A stretch of DNA of 43,885 nucleotides from IMG/VR virus record IMGVR_UViG_3300031260_000032, positions 1 to 43,885 of that record; one strand, given 5' to 3'. The notes under the pieces are model-generated. The model was not told the DNA's origin, made no database searches, and saw only the letters and a program-made list of their open reading frames with translations. This document shows, in pieces, positions 16,895 through 25,639 of this stretch (position 1 is the first letter of the stretch; each line of letters starts with the position of its first letter). Both the position numbers and the translations under genes were made by a program. The DNA comes from a virus. Taxonomy: Duplodnaviria > Caudoviricetes.

Positions 16895-18388
16895 TCACTC
16901 CCCCTTGCGAGCCGCCATCGGGGCCCAGTAGTTCTTTCCATGCACGCCCGTCGATGCGGCGGGGTGCGCCTCAACAAACTTGAAAACGTCGTTGTCGTAC
17001 CAGAACAGGCGCGAGGCCTCGCGCATCAGGTCCCAGTGCGCCATCTCCCAGGACCAGTCCTGCTCCCACTGGCCGTCACCACGCTTGCGCATCGCCATGA
17101 TCGTCATGGCAGCATCCGACACGCGACACACGATGGACGTCGACTGCAGGATGCGCCCGAACCGCACCACGCTCTCCGGAGGCCCGGCAGGTCTCTCGAC
17201 ACTCTCTGCCTGTTCAACCCCGCTTCCCCCCTGTGCGTTCCCAAGGGCAGTAGGTCCAATCCGCCACGCCGGAGGCACACTGCGCAGGACGTGCTCCCGC
17301 ACGGACAGGCCGAGCTTGTGACAGTCTCCCGGATCCATCTTTCCCTCTCCCTGGGGCCGAATGTCCTCCACATCGATGCCGAGAGCCGCAGCCAGCCCTC
17401 CGTCCTCCGGCTGATCCGGCTTGCGGGTTGATACGGTCCAGGTGCGCACGGCCGTGTCCCCGGCGTCGTCCCGATCAATCCAGAGGCCGACCCACGCTGC
17501 GCCCATCACCGTGCGGTGGGAACGCTCGTCGTGGGGCCGCGTCTGAGCTGATCCTAGGGCCACTACCGTGACCACGTCCCCGACCTCCTGTGCCAGAAAG
17601 ATGGCGTCCAGCTCCGCTTCCACTAGGATTACGGCCTGGTGCTGCCCTGGCCATGTGGACGGCAGCACCAGGAGGGGTTGAGGACTGACGGCGCCGCCGA
17701 TGACTACATAGTACTTGGGGTCCTTCTCGGGCTGGCGCACGCGCATGCGGATGACGCGGTCATTGTCCAGCATGGGGATGAGCAGACCGCGCGGGACCTT
17801 GTGCTTGCGCTCGGTGCCGTTATCCCAGGTGGCCGGTGGCAGGCCCCATGCCGGGTAGGGGCGGAGGTAATCCGACTCCAGCCAACCAAGTCGACGACGG
17901 AGGACAGTCTGACGGGTGATTCCGCGCGCTGCCAACCAGTCCATCTGGACGGTGTTGTCCAGCAGGGCGGCGTGAGCTGTGGAGGTTAGGCTGGTGGCCC
18001 GATCCATCCACTGCTGCGGGGGCAGGGTCACTGGTTTGGCATCCACCTGTACGGGCAGGGAGGCCTGCGGCATGCGCAGGGTGGGAACGGCCGGACGGCG
18101 ATCCGGGCTGACGTGCGGGGCGTAGCGGGCGCGGAATTCGCGAAAGGCGTCTCCGGGCTCCAATCCGGAAATGTCTCCGAACAGCTTGATCAGATCGCCG
18201 GACTTGCTGCAGGACCGGCAGTGCCCCAAATCCTTGGCCGGGTTGTAGCTGAAGCCGCCCCTGCTGGACTCCTCATGCCACGGGCACCAGGCCCAAACCT
18301 GCCCGCCGCGCATCTCCGTGTCGCGCAGGATCTGTCCGGCCACCGTTGTGCAGCCGTCCGGACCAAGCCAGTCCAACGCCTTACCCAT
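16895..18388 (-). CDS. DNA primase (CHC2 zinc finger + TOPRIM)
   Basis: WCPWHEE...HCRSC; ILVEAELDA; WIDRDDAG. Confidence 0.85.
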   Translation of the reverse strand: MGKALDWLGPDGCTTVAGQILRDTEMRGGQVWAWCPWHEESSRGGFSYNPAKDLGHCRSCSKSGDLIKLFGDISGLEPGDAFREFRARYAPHVSPDRRPAVPTLRMPQASLPVQVDAKPVTLPPQQWMDRATSLTSTAHAALLDNTVQMDWLAARGITRQTVLRRRLGWLESDYLRPYPAWGLPPATWDNGTERKHKVPRGLLIPMLDNDRVIRMRVRQPEKDPKYYVVIGGAVSPQPLLVLPSTWPGQHQAVILVEAELDAIFLAQEVGDVVTVVALGSAQTRPHDERSHRTVMGAAWVGLWIDRDDAGDTAVRTWTVSTRKPDQPEDGGLAAALGIDVEDIRPQGEGKMDPGDCHKLGLSVREHVLRSVPPAWRIGPTALGNAQGGSGVEQAESVERPAGPPESVVRFGRILQSTSIVCRVSDAAMTIMAMRKRGDGQWEQDWSWEMAHWDLMREASRLFWYDNDVFKFVEAHPAASTGVHGKNYWAPMAARKGE

Positions 18389-18654
18389 GACGCACTCCAG
18401 AATGGACTGTTTGGCGGGTGAAATTTTCTAGGTCCACATTTATGGTCCACAGTCTATCTCTCTCTTTTTCTTTCTTTTTTTTCTTATTGTGGAGGGAAAG
18501 AGGAAAAAGAGAGAAAAAGAAGTTGTTCTGAAAGAAAATAAAAAACGCTATAGAAACGTAAGAAATCAGCAAAAACGGTCCATAGGTCCCTAATGGTCCT
18601 TGTGGCCTGAAATTACATGCCTTTTTTTGTGGACCAAAAGGGAGGATAAACGGA
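18389..18654. other. Putative replication origin
   Basis: AT-rich intergenic; GGTCC at 18431, 18444, 18577, 18585, 18595 and inverted at 18631; pyrimidine tract followed by complementary purine tract. Confidence 0.65.
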
Positions 18655-20124
18655 TTATTGAGAGAGTAGGCCAATCCCGACATAGTAGTAACTCCCTGCT
18701 TTGATGCGTTCGAATTTCTTTTTCATGCGCCCGCCAAAGAACTTCATTCCGGGCACATGACGGCCGTGGTATTTCTTGTACCACTCGTCCCAGGCCACAT
18801 AGAGCTCGGTGGCCGACGTGCGCACGGAGTCGTCATCCACCGTCCAACAGCACTGATCGATGAAGTCCTGCACCACGTCCGTTTCGCGGGCCATGTCCTT
18901 CGTGGATTGGCGGTGGCGGGCAGATTCTGACAGCCTGCGGTTGCGCTGCCAGGTGGCGTTGCCTTCCAGCATCCAGTTGAAAACGCCGGGCAGTTCGTGC
19001 GCCTTGATGTCTTCTGCCAGCCCTTTGATCTTGAGGCGCTCGTTGGGTTTACGGGGATTGTCCACGAACGAGTTTTCCCAGACGATCGTGCGCTGCCGCT
19101 CTTCGATGGCAAAATCGCCGTCCATGGCCGGCGGCTCGTTGGTGTCCAGATTGAGCTTGTGGGTCTGGTCGAAACAGACCTCGTACTTGTCGTTTGGGTT
19201 GCGGCCGTTGAGCTTTCCGCCTCCGGTGAGCAGCTTTACCTGCGGCTTGTCGAGCTTGCGCCCCTCGCCGGTCTCCGAGACCCAGACCGCGCGAGCCCCA
19301 TATAAGGACATTATCTCCGGCGACGGCCCGGAAGCGGACTTGCTGCGGCCCTGATCTAGGACAAGCTCTGCCTTGACCTGGACGGAGTAGGGGCCAAGCA
19401 CGGCGGAGATGATGTCCTGGTGGGTGCTTTTGCCGTTGCGGCCGGCGCCGATGTTGACCACGTAGCAGTGCTCCTCGACGCTGCCGGTCAGCATGTAGCC
19501 GTCCCAGGTCTGCAGGAGCTCGATGTCATCAGGCTGGAGAGATGATTCGAGGAAGGCGAGGAATTTTGGACATTTCGCTGCCGTGTCAAAGACGATCGGA
19601 CAGACCTTGGTCAGCATGTCGCCAGGCCTTCCAGGGCGGAACTTATGCGTGCGCAGATTTATCACGCCATTCAGTACGCCGATGATCCAGATGTTCTGGT
19701 CAAAGGAGTCACCCTTGATGCCCAGGCCTTGTTCACCTGGAAGCGTGGCGGCGAAATGGAGGCAGTCCGCCCGGCCTGCCTTGCGGCGCAGGCTGCGAAC
19801 AATATCAATGATGCGCTTCTTTTCTTTTTCTGCGGCCTTGCGCTGGTAGTCGTTCTTGCTTTCTCGGTGTTCCGCGATGCGGTCTTCGATTGGCGCGATC
19901 TCTTCGGCACACCGCTGGGCAACCATGTCCACGGCACCAAGTGTCGCGACGGATCCATAGTCAAGCTCCCAGTAGTGGTCGCGATAGACGTACCATTCCT
20001 GCGAGGCATGGCTGAAGAGGAACTTGTCCCGGAACATCGCGGCGAACAGCATGCCCATGCCGAGGGACTCGGCATCCATGCACTGCACGACAAAGCGCGA
20101 ATCCACCGGATGCGGGGTGATCAT
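18655..20124 (-). CDS. P4/D5-family SF3 helicase (D5_N + ATPase + wHTH)
   Basis: NGVINLRT D5_N motif; GAGRNGKST Walker A; VKLLTGGG; TNEPP motif C. Confidence 0.9.
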   Translation of the reverse strand: MITPHPVDSRFVVQCMDAESLGMGMLFAAMFRDKFLFSHASQEWYVYRDHYWELDYGSVATLGAVDMVAQRCAEEIAPIEDRIAEHRESKNDYQRKAAEKEKKRIIDIVRSLRRKAGRADCLHFAATLPGEQGLGIKGDSFDQNIWIIGVLNGVINLRTHKFRPGRPGDMLTKVCPIVFDTAAKCPKFLAFLESSLQPDDIELLQTWDGYMLTGSVEEHCYVVNIGAGRNGKSTHQDIISAVLGPYSVQVKAELVLDQGRSKSASGPSPEIMSLYGARAVWVSETGEGRKLDKPQVKLLTGGGKLNGRNPNDKYEVCFDQTHKLNLDTNEPPAMDGDFAIEERQRTIVWENSFVDNPRKPNERLKIKGLAEDIKAHELPGVFNWMLEGNATWQRNRRLSESARHRQSTKDMARETDVVQDFIDQCCWTVDDDSVRTSATELYVAWDEWYKKYHGRHVPGMKFFGGRMKKKFERIKAGSYYYVGIGLLSQ

Positions 20125-20225
20125 GCCGCCACCCCCGCGGGGATTTTAGCCTGTGAAACTCCAGGCCGGTTGATCCGGATTACCAATTTACCAGTTTTTG
20201 AAATGTTTTTGTGCGGACGGATGCC

Positions 20226-20268
20226 GGACTGCATGCGACCCCTGTAAGCTAGGCCCCCGGAAGGACCC
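20226..20268 (-). other. Candidate cos site (cosQ + cosN-like)
   Basis: Minus strand GGGTCCT-TCCGGGGGCCTAGC-TTAC-AGGGGTCGCATGC resembles lambda cosQ GGGTCCT...TTACGGGGCGGCGACCT; genome encodes a GpA-type terminase. Confidence 0.55.
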
Positions 20269-20362
20269 ACGACGGCCCGGGTCGGGCAGGGGCGGCTTTG
20301 ATGATTGGCGCAGCGGGAAATGGATTGGGGACAGGGGAAAGCGGCGCCGACGCCTGCGGAGG

Positions 20363-20381
20363 TGGGGCAGGAGTGGGGCAG
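20363..20381 (+). repeat. Integrase arm-type site pair (left arm)
   Basis: TGGGGCAGGAGTGGGGCAG; identical copy at 20604-20622. Confidence 0.75.
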
Positions 20382-20385
20382 ACGG

Positions 20386-20441
20386 CAAAACAAAAGCGGC
20401 GTGCGTGCCTCGGGTGATCCCGAATTGATACGCAAGCCGCT
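20386..20441 (-). terminator. Terminator downstream of the tRNA fragment
   Basis: Long hairpin AGCGGC-TTGCGT...TCGGG/CCCGA...ACGCAC-GCCGCT followed by TTTGTTTTG. Confidence 0.7.
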
Positions 20442-20449
20442 GATATTCT

Positions 20450-20498
20450 TGGTGCCCCCACCATGACTCGAACATGGGCAAACCAGGATTAGGAATCC
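20450..20498 (-). other. attP core: 3' part of tRNA-Arg(CCT)
   Basis: GGA-TTCCTAA-TCCTG anticodon arm, CCATG-TTCGAGT-CATGG T-arm, TGGGGGC-A-CCA; no 5' acceptor strand or D-arm. Confidence 0.85.
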
Positions 20499-20603
20499 GC
20501 TACAGGCCAAAGACGCAGCGTTGCGTTGCGTGAGAAAATCAAATGATGTAAGGGCTTGAGCGTCCGCCACGTTGGCGGCGCGTTTCGCTACATATAAGCA
20601 AAA

Positions 20604-20622
20604 TGGGGCAGGAGTGGGGCAG
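20604..20622 (+). repeat. Integrase arm-type site pair (right arm), overlapping int RBS
   Basis: TGGGGCAGGAGTGGGGCAG ending 2 nt before int ATG. Confidence 0.75.
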
Positions 20623-20624
20623 CT

Positions 20625-21833
20625 ATGAGCGGCATTGCCAGCAAGTATCCAGGCGTCAGGTATCGAGAACACGCCACAAGAAAGAACGGTCGCGTCAAGG
20701 ACAGATACATCTTCCTGCGCCACACCGTCAACGGGCGAACCATAGAAGAGGGCTACGGATGGGCAAGCAAGGGCTTCAACGTCGAGAAGGCCAACGAGAT
20801 CCTCTGCGTGCTGAACCAGAACAACCGCACCGGCACCGGCCCGCAGACCCTGGTCGAGATGCGCCAGATCGCCCAGGCCGAGAGGGACGAGGCCGCGCGT
20901 GCCGCAGCTGCGGCGCGCAAGGACATCCCGGTCACGGTCGGCGACCTGTACACGGCATACATCGCCCACGTGGCCTTGGAAAAAAAGAGCTGGGAGAGCG
21001 ACAAGCAGATCTTCGAGAGCAGGCTTCGGATCATCGAGCACATGCCCCTGGATCAGATCACACCCGAGCGGATCAACGCCCATAAGCGGCGCCTGACCTA
21101 CGAGTTCGCCCCAGCCAGCGTCGTGCACGCCCTCGGCCTGCTGCGGCGCATGGTCAACTGGGGCGCAGGGCACTACGCCAAGGGCTGGCCTGACGGTGTC
21201 CCGGCAAACCCATTGCAGGGCGTTACCATGCCCAAGGTCAACAATGCCCGGCTGAGATACTTGCGCCGGACTGAGGCAGACGACCTGCTTGTCTGGTTGG
21301 CCGAGAACGACCCGCTTATGCACGACGCGGTCACCATGAGCCTGTTCACTGGCATGCGCCGTGGCGAGGTTGAGGAAGTGCGGTGCGGCCATGTCGACCT
21401 GGGCGCCATGATCGTCAACATTGTCGACCCAAAGTCCGGCGTCACCCGCGAAACGGTCAGCATCCCCGACAACATCGTGCCCATGCTCAAGGCGCGCATG
21501 GAGGGCCGCGGCCACGGAGAGCGCCTCTTCCCGAGCCCAGTGACCGGCGGGAAGACGCATAGCATGAGCCCGCGCTTCGCCAAGGCTGTCAAGGCCGTCA
21601 AACTGAACGACGGCGTTGAGGATGCGCGCTACGACGTGACGTTTCACACTCTGCGCCACACCTACGTCAGCTGGCTGGTCATGGCCGGCGTTGACCTGCG
21701 CACGGTGCAGGAGATGGCCCGGCACCGCAGCTTTGAAATGACGCTCAGATATGCGCATCTTGCCCCTCGCGCACAACGGAACGCGGCAAATCTGCTGGCC
21801 GGATTTTCGGACTCATCGACCGATCACGGCTGA
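20625..21833 (+). CDS. int: Tyrosine integrase
   Basis: TGMRRGE, PKSG, FHTLRH, ARH, LRYAH catalytic motifs; N-terminal arm-binding region. Confidence 0.96.
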   Translation: MSGIASKYPGVRYREHATRKNGRVKDRYIFLRHTVNGRTIEEGYGWASKGFNVEKANEILCVLNQNNRTGTGPQTLVEMRQIAQAERDEAARAAAAARKDIPVTVGDLYTAYIAHVALEKKSWESDKQIFESRLRIIEHMPLDQITPERINAHKRRLTYEFAPASVVHALGLLRRMVNWGAGHYAKGWPDGVPANPLQGVTMPKVNNARLRYLRRTEADDLLVWLAENDPLMHDAVTMSLFTGMRRGEVEEVRCGHVDLGAMIVNIVDPKSGVTRETVSIPDNIVPMLKARMEGRGHGERLFPSPVTGGKTHSMSPRFAKAVKAVKLNDGVEDARYDVTFHTLRHTYVSWLVMAGVDLRTVQEMARHRSFEMTLRYAHLAPRAQRNAANLLAGFSDSSTDHG

Positions 21834-22095
21834 TCTTGCGGACCTGCTCGATCATGGCGCTTGATTCGCCGATGTCGGCATAGCCACGGTCGCAGAGCCA
21901 GGAGAGCAGTTCGGCCGTCGGGTAGATGACCCTGTTGGACACACGGACGGCGCCACGAGGCCCCCGGCCGTCGCTGTCAGCCTTGGCCAAGGTAGCCACT
22001 GCGATGATGCCGCCCAGGAACCAGTGGATCTCGTGGCGGGCGATGAAGGGCGGCAATGCGGCCGCGTAGGTGCTGATGAATTCTTGCTTAGTCAT
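21745..22095 (-). CDS. Excisionase-like winged-helix protein
   Basis: TLAKADSDGRGP...RVSNRVIYP..ELLSWL; last early gene, next to int. Confidence 0.7.
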   Translation of the reverse strand: MTKQEFISTYAAALPPFIARHEIHWFLGGIIAVATLAKADSDGRGPRGAVRVSNRVIYPTAELLSWLCDRGYADIGESSAMIEQVRKISRDRSMSPKIRPADLPRSVVREGQDAHI

Positions 22096-22163
22096 GGTCC
22101 TGATCCTCCTGCGAACACAAAACACAAATTCCGAAACGACTGTCAAATATGTTCGAAGCCTTC

Positions 22164-22403
22164 TCAGGCCGCGTCCCCGCGCTGGTCCAGCAACTCGTCG
22201 ATCTGCTTGGCGATAGTTCGCCGCTCATTTTTGTTGCCGTTGACCATGACCTGCGCGGCACGTTTCAGCAGGGCTTCCCACTTGGCCTCGCGCGTCTCGA
22301 ATTCGCGGATGCGCTTCATGTGCCCGACGTCCTGCCTGAGGAACGCGAGGCCGCGGGAATAGGGCTGGCTGCAGCCGTAGTCGTCGAGGGTCATGTCCAT
22401 CAT
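22164..22403 (-). CDS. Hypothetical protein
   Basis: 79 aa; AGGAG RBS; coupled. Confidence 0.65.
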   Translation of the reverse strand: MMDMTLDDYGCSQPYSRGLAFLRQDVGHMKRIREFETREAKWEALLKRAAQVMVNGNKNERRTIAKQIDELLDQRGDAA

Positions 22404-22633
22404 GCCGGCTCTCCTTTGTCACACGACTTGTGCCAGCAAACGCCTTCCTTGTCGGCGTAAAAATCGTCGGATTCGAGGATGGGGAGCTCGCAGATTTCGC
22501 ACATGCCGACGACCTCAGTATCGCCAACCATGTCCACGACCCATCCGTCACGGACGAATTTCTTGACCTCCTCGATGCTGTTCACGGTCACGATCTTGCG
22601 CTGGATTCTGCCCATTTCGATTTCGATGCTCAT
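22400..22633 (-). CDS. Hypothetical protein with CxxC...CxHxxC
   Basis: MSIEIEM start; ATGA coupling. Confidence 0.65.
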   Translation of the reverse strand: MSIEIEMGRIQRKIVTVNSIEEVKKFVRDGWVVDMVGDTEVVGMCEICELPILESDDFYADKEGVCWHKSCDKGEPA

Positions 22634-22824
22634 GCCGCACCCCCTTCGCGCTGCTGCTCCCATTCGACCAGGTAGCCCGCCTTGACCGGCCGCATCTGGA
22701 CGCCGATGGCGGCGCGCATGTTGTTGTTCTCAACTGCCAGCTTGACATTGTTGGCCCGCAGGACGGCGTTTCCTGCCCGTAGGGCGTCGATCTCGCGTTG
22801 CAGATCGCTGCACTTGTGACACAT
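22630..22824 (-). CDS. Hypothetical coiled-coil protein
   Basis: 64 aa. Confidence 0.6.
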   Translation of the reverse strand: MCHKCSDLQREIDALRAGNAVLRANNVKLAVENNNMRAAIGVQMRPVKAGYLVEWEQQREGGAA

Positions 22825-22825
22825 G

Positions 22826-22930
22826 CTATTTGTCCCCCCAGCGTTCGTCCTCGCGCGAGGACATGCCCATGCACGCCATGATGACGATCAGGACGACCCC
22901 TGCCAGCGTACCGACTGCGACGGCTACCAT
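22826..22930 (-). CDS. Small membrane peptide
   Basis: MVAVAVGTLAGVVLIVIMACMGMSSREDERWGDK; also the tail of the 0-frame ASCH read-through. Confidence 0.45.
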   Translation of the reverse strand: MVAVAVGTLAGVVLIVIMACMGMSSREDERWGDK

Positions 22931-22995
22931 ATACGCCCCCAGATGACGGCCGCGACGAGCAGAGCCGTGACAATGATGATTGCGGTGATTGTCAT
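22924..22995 (-). CDS. Small membrane peptide (23 aa)
   Basis: MTITAIIIVTALLVAAVIWGRIW; ATGA-coupled to the ASCH -1-frame stop. Confidence 0.4.
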   Translation of the reverse strand: MTITAIIIVTALLVAAVIWGRIW

Positions 22996-23812
22996 GCCTC
23001 GACCCTCCGGAATTCGATGACCCACACCCAGGGTTTGCGGACCAGTTGAAGGCGCGCGGTTTCTCGTAGATGGAAGCCCAAACTTTCCGGTACGCCTCGC
23101 GCGGGTCCAGCTCCCACTTGTGCCAACGCCACCCGAAATCGTCTTCTCCCGGCAAGCCATCTGCATCTGGGATACCCCACTTCACGGCCACGCCGTCCTT
23201 GGTGATGCCGCGCAACCCTTCCGCCTTCGCCTCTTCTCCAGTGATGCCCTGAATGCGCTGCACGCGCACGTCGGTGATCTCCATGGTGATTCGGGACGCC
23301 CATCGCGGCATGTGGATGGAGGGACGCCATTTTAAATCCGCAGGGACATTCCCCCATGAAGCCCTGTAGTACGGCTTCCCGTGCCCTCCACCGCCGTCTT
23401 CGTGGCCTTCCATCCATGTCTCGCGCACCCAAAGACGGTCTCCAGGCTGGCCGTAGGGGCAGGCGCTCGCCACCTCTTGCCAAGCCCATTTTCTTTCGAC
23501 CAAAGAATCCCGTTTCTCGGCCCTGCGTACGCTGGACCTTGTCTGCTTGTATGGACTGGAGTGCTGCCTAGTATGGTCGATTCTGGCGTTCATCTCTGAT
23601 CCAAAACGAAACCAATGCGCTGGCCTGCTCCCTGGAAAAGGGTGTGTAGACCCGGATATTGTTTCAACGCTCCCGGGCGCGATCTCATGCCAAGTTTCCG
23701 AAATTTCGACACTCGTTGGTTGGGGATAAATCGGCCGCCGCGTCTGCGTCTTCCGTCCATCGAGAATGGCTCGAACCATGGCCGCGTTCATGAGAATTGG
23801 ACGCTCTTTCAT
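22992..23812 (-). CDS. ASCH/PUA-like phage protein with frameshift near the C-terminus
   Basis: MKERPIL...GRKTQTRR, CPYGQPGDRLWVRETW, WRPSIHMPRWASRI; family ending PWVWVIEFRRV is in the -1 frame after ~23033. Confidence 0.8.
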
Positions 23813-24291
23813 GCCGCAACCTCCATAACGAGATCCACCACCGGAAGGCTGGCCTCGAACATCCGCGCCTCTTCCTCGGGGATGTCCCCGAGCACGAGGT
23901 CGAGCAGCTTTGTCGCCGTCAGGTCTAGATTGATCCAGGGTCGCGTGCGGAGTCCAAGGGTGCGTCGCAGTTCGGTCAGGGCGTGATGGCTGGCGAAAAT
24001 CGCCAGACAGGCCGACATGGCCGAGTCCGCAGCCAGGTGCGGCCAGTGCTGCCGATAAGACAGGTGATGTGCCTCGCACACGCGGTCGATGTTGCGTGTA
24101 CCGCGAGCACTCTTGATGCGTGGCAGGGTGTCGATGACCTTCTGTGCCCACTTCTCGACCTTGATCGCTTGCCTAGCTCCTGGCCCCATCAGGACGCCAC
24201 CCTTGCGCATGATCCGGACCTGATCGAGCAGGATGCCGACGACGATGGAGCAGGTGGCGTTCTGGGCGGCGATTTTGCGGATGTCGCTCAT
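23809..24291 (-). CDS. Hypothetical protein
   Basis: 160 aa; coupled. Confidence 0.7.
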   Translation of the reverse strand: MSDIRKIAAQNATCSIVVGILLDQVRIMRKGGVLMGPGARQAIKVEKWAQKVIDTLPRIKSARGTRNIDRVCEAHHLSYRQHWPHLAADSAMSACLAIFASHHALTELRRTLGLRTRPWINLDLTATKLLDLVLGDIPEEEARMFEASLPVVDLVMEVAA

Positions 24292-24482
24292 ATGATCACC
24301 TGCGCCCGCACGAACGACGGCAGATATTTTTCGCTGAGCTGCACGCCGTCGCGGTAGAACTCGGCCGTGTCCAGGAGCTGCCGGGCCACTGCCGGGTCGA
24401 TCAGCGTTTCAGGGTTGGCCATGAAGCGCGTGCGGAGCAAGGAAAGTTCGGCGTCGGAAAGGATCTTGGTTTTGGCGCTCAT
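24288..24482 (-). CDS. Hypothetical protein
   Basis: 64 aa; coupled. Confidence 0.65.
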   Translation of the reverse strand: MSAKTKILSDAELSLLRTRFMANPETLIDPAVARQLLDTAEFYRDGVQLSEKYLPSFVRAQVII

Positions 24483-24679
24483 GCGTCACCGTCCTTGATT
24501 CCTATGTCGTTCCCGTGCTCATTGATGTACTCAAAGAGTATCTTGACGATAAAAGTCTTTCCGCAACGCTGGAGGAAGATGCCGTCACGGCATAAAACCC
24601 TAAGGAATGCTTTGGCGGCCTCGGATTGCCAAGGGAGCAACTTTATGTTCTTGGATTTCAAGTATTCTTCCCACTTCAT
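24479..24679 (-). CDS. Low-GC hypothetical protein with LLPWQ...RCGKT motif
   Basis: 66 aa; coupled. Confidence 0.65.
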   Translation of the reverse strand: MKWEEYLKSKNIKLLPWQSEAAKAFLRVLCRDGIFLQRCGKTFIVKILFEYINEHGNDIGIKDGDA

Positions 24680-24864
24680 ACCACACCCCCAACCCTGACC
24701 AGCGCCCTTGGCTCGACGCCCTGGAGCCAGCCGTGGCGCTCCAGGCTGGTCTGGACGCGCACCAACGCCTGGGCCTCGTCGGCCTGGCCCAGGAGGACGG
24801 CAAGACGCAGGCCGGCGACCTGGAGTGGAATGATCCGCTTGACTTTGCGAGATTCGACTTGCAT
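24676..24864 (-). CDS. Hypothetical protein
   Basis: 62 aa; AGGAG RBS. Confidence 0.6.
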   Translation of the reverse strand: MQVESRKVKRIIPLQVAGLRLAVLLGQADEAQALVRVQTSLERHGWLQGVEPRALVRVGGVV

Positions 24865-24889
24865 GGTTTTCTCCTACGTTTTGTTGTTT

Positions 24890-24926
24890 GCCCCGGGGCC
24901 GGTTGCAGCCGCCCGGGGCTTTTTTT
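24890..24926 (+). terminator. Hairpin with T-run on plus strand (antisense to early operon)
   Basis: GCCCCGGG...CCCGGGGC then TTTTTTT. Confidence 0.6.
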
Positions 24927-24931
24927 GTTTC

Positions 24932-25639
24932 CTACACGATGACCCGCGCGCCGGTGATGTTACCAACGAGCCATTCTTTGATGTTCAGCGCAGCCTGCAG
25001 CTTCCACCTTCCGCCGTCCGCCTCGAACAGAGCGACGCCGACCTTGCCGTCGATCTGGCGGACGCGGAAGACGAAGTCGCTTTCGGGCTGCTGTGCTTCG
25101 GGGAAGGTGCGATACGGCTGCAGAGTGACCGGATTGGGAAGATCCACTTCGGCCACACGAGCAACGCCCGTTCTGGCCGTGACGCGCTGGCTGATGCCAT
25201 CGTCGGCAGTCTTGACTTCCGCCGACTGGACGATGCCGGTCACGTACTTCAGTACGTCGTCGCGCATCTTCGTGGGCATGAACGAAGCCATGAGCCCGAC
25301 CTGAAAATCTTCTCGCTCGATATACTTTCCGAAGGGAAAGCCGCACTCGTGAGCCTTGGCCGTGATGAGCGTCTCGCGCTGGCGAAAATCACCATCGATG
25401 GGCCCGATGATCTGCACGGTTCGATAGTCAACGACGTGCAGCATGACCTGCCCCATGGTCACGTTGTCGAGATTTTCGACCAGGTAATCCATGACGCCAG
25501 TCAGCGTTGACAACGGCAACGACTCGGCCAGCGGACCCCTGACGGGATGGACGGCCTTGGAGGTGTACGCCCTGTTGCCGATATTCAGGATTTCAACAGC
25601 CCCAAGTTCCAAGATGCGGTTGATAGCTTCCTTGATCAT
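24932..25639 (-). CDS. Phage early protein of unknown function
   Basis: 235 aa; LPNPVTLQPYRTFPE and ALFEADGGRW motifs. Confidence 0.8.
   Translation of the reverse strand: MIKEAINRILELGAVEILNIGNRAYTSKAVHPVRGPLAESLPLSTLTGVMDYLVENLDNVTMGQVMLHVVDYRTVQIIGPIDGDFRQRETLITAKAHECGFPFGKYIEREDFQVGLMASFMPTKMRDDVLKYVTGIVQSAEVKTADDGISQRVTARTGVARVAEVDLPNPVTLQPYRTFPEAQQPESDFVFRVRQIDGKVGVALFEADGGRWKLQAALNIKEWLVGNITGARVIV

Noticed and set aside
18389-18654. CRISPR array, or the 100-aa Phe/Lys-rich ORF 18381-18683
   Set aside because: Repeats are 5-8 bp and irregular; ORF is a low-complexity translation of the origin tracts
20450-20530. Intact tRNA gene
   Set aside because: 5' acceptor strand and D-arm are absent; it is an att core
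20121-21776. 551-aa minus-strand ORF spanning int and attP
   Set aside because: Antisense shadow of the GC-rich integrase, crossing tRNA fragment and terminator, with no motifs; only the last 37 aa (ATG 20234, coupled to helicase) might be a real peptide
22826-24151. 441-aa ORF as given in the track
   Set aside because: 5' extension overlaps another gene; real start is 23812 and the 3' end reflects the frameshift
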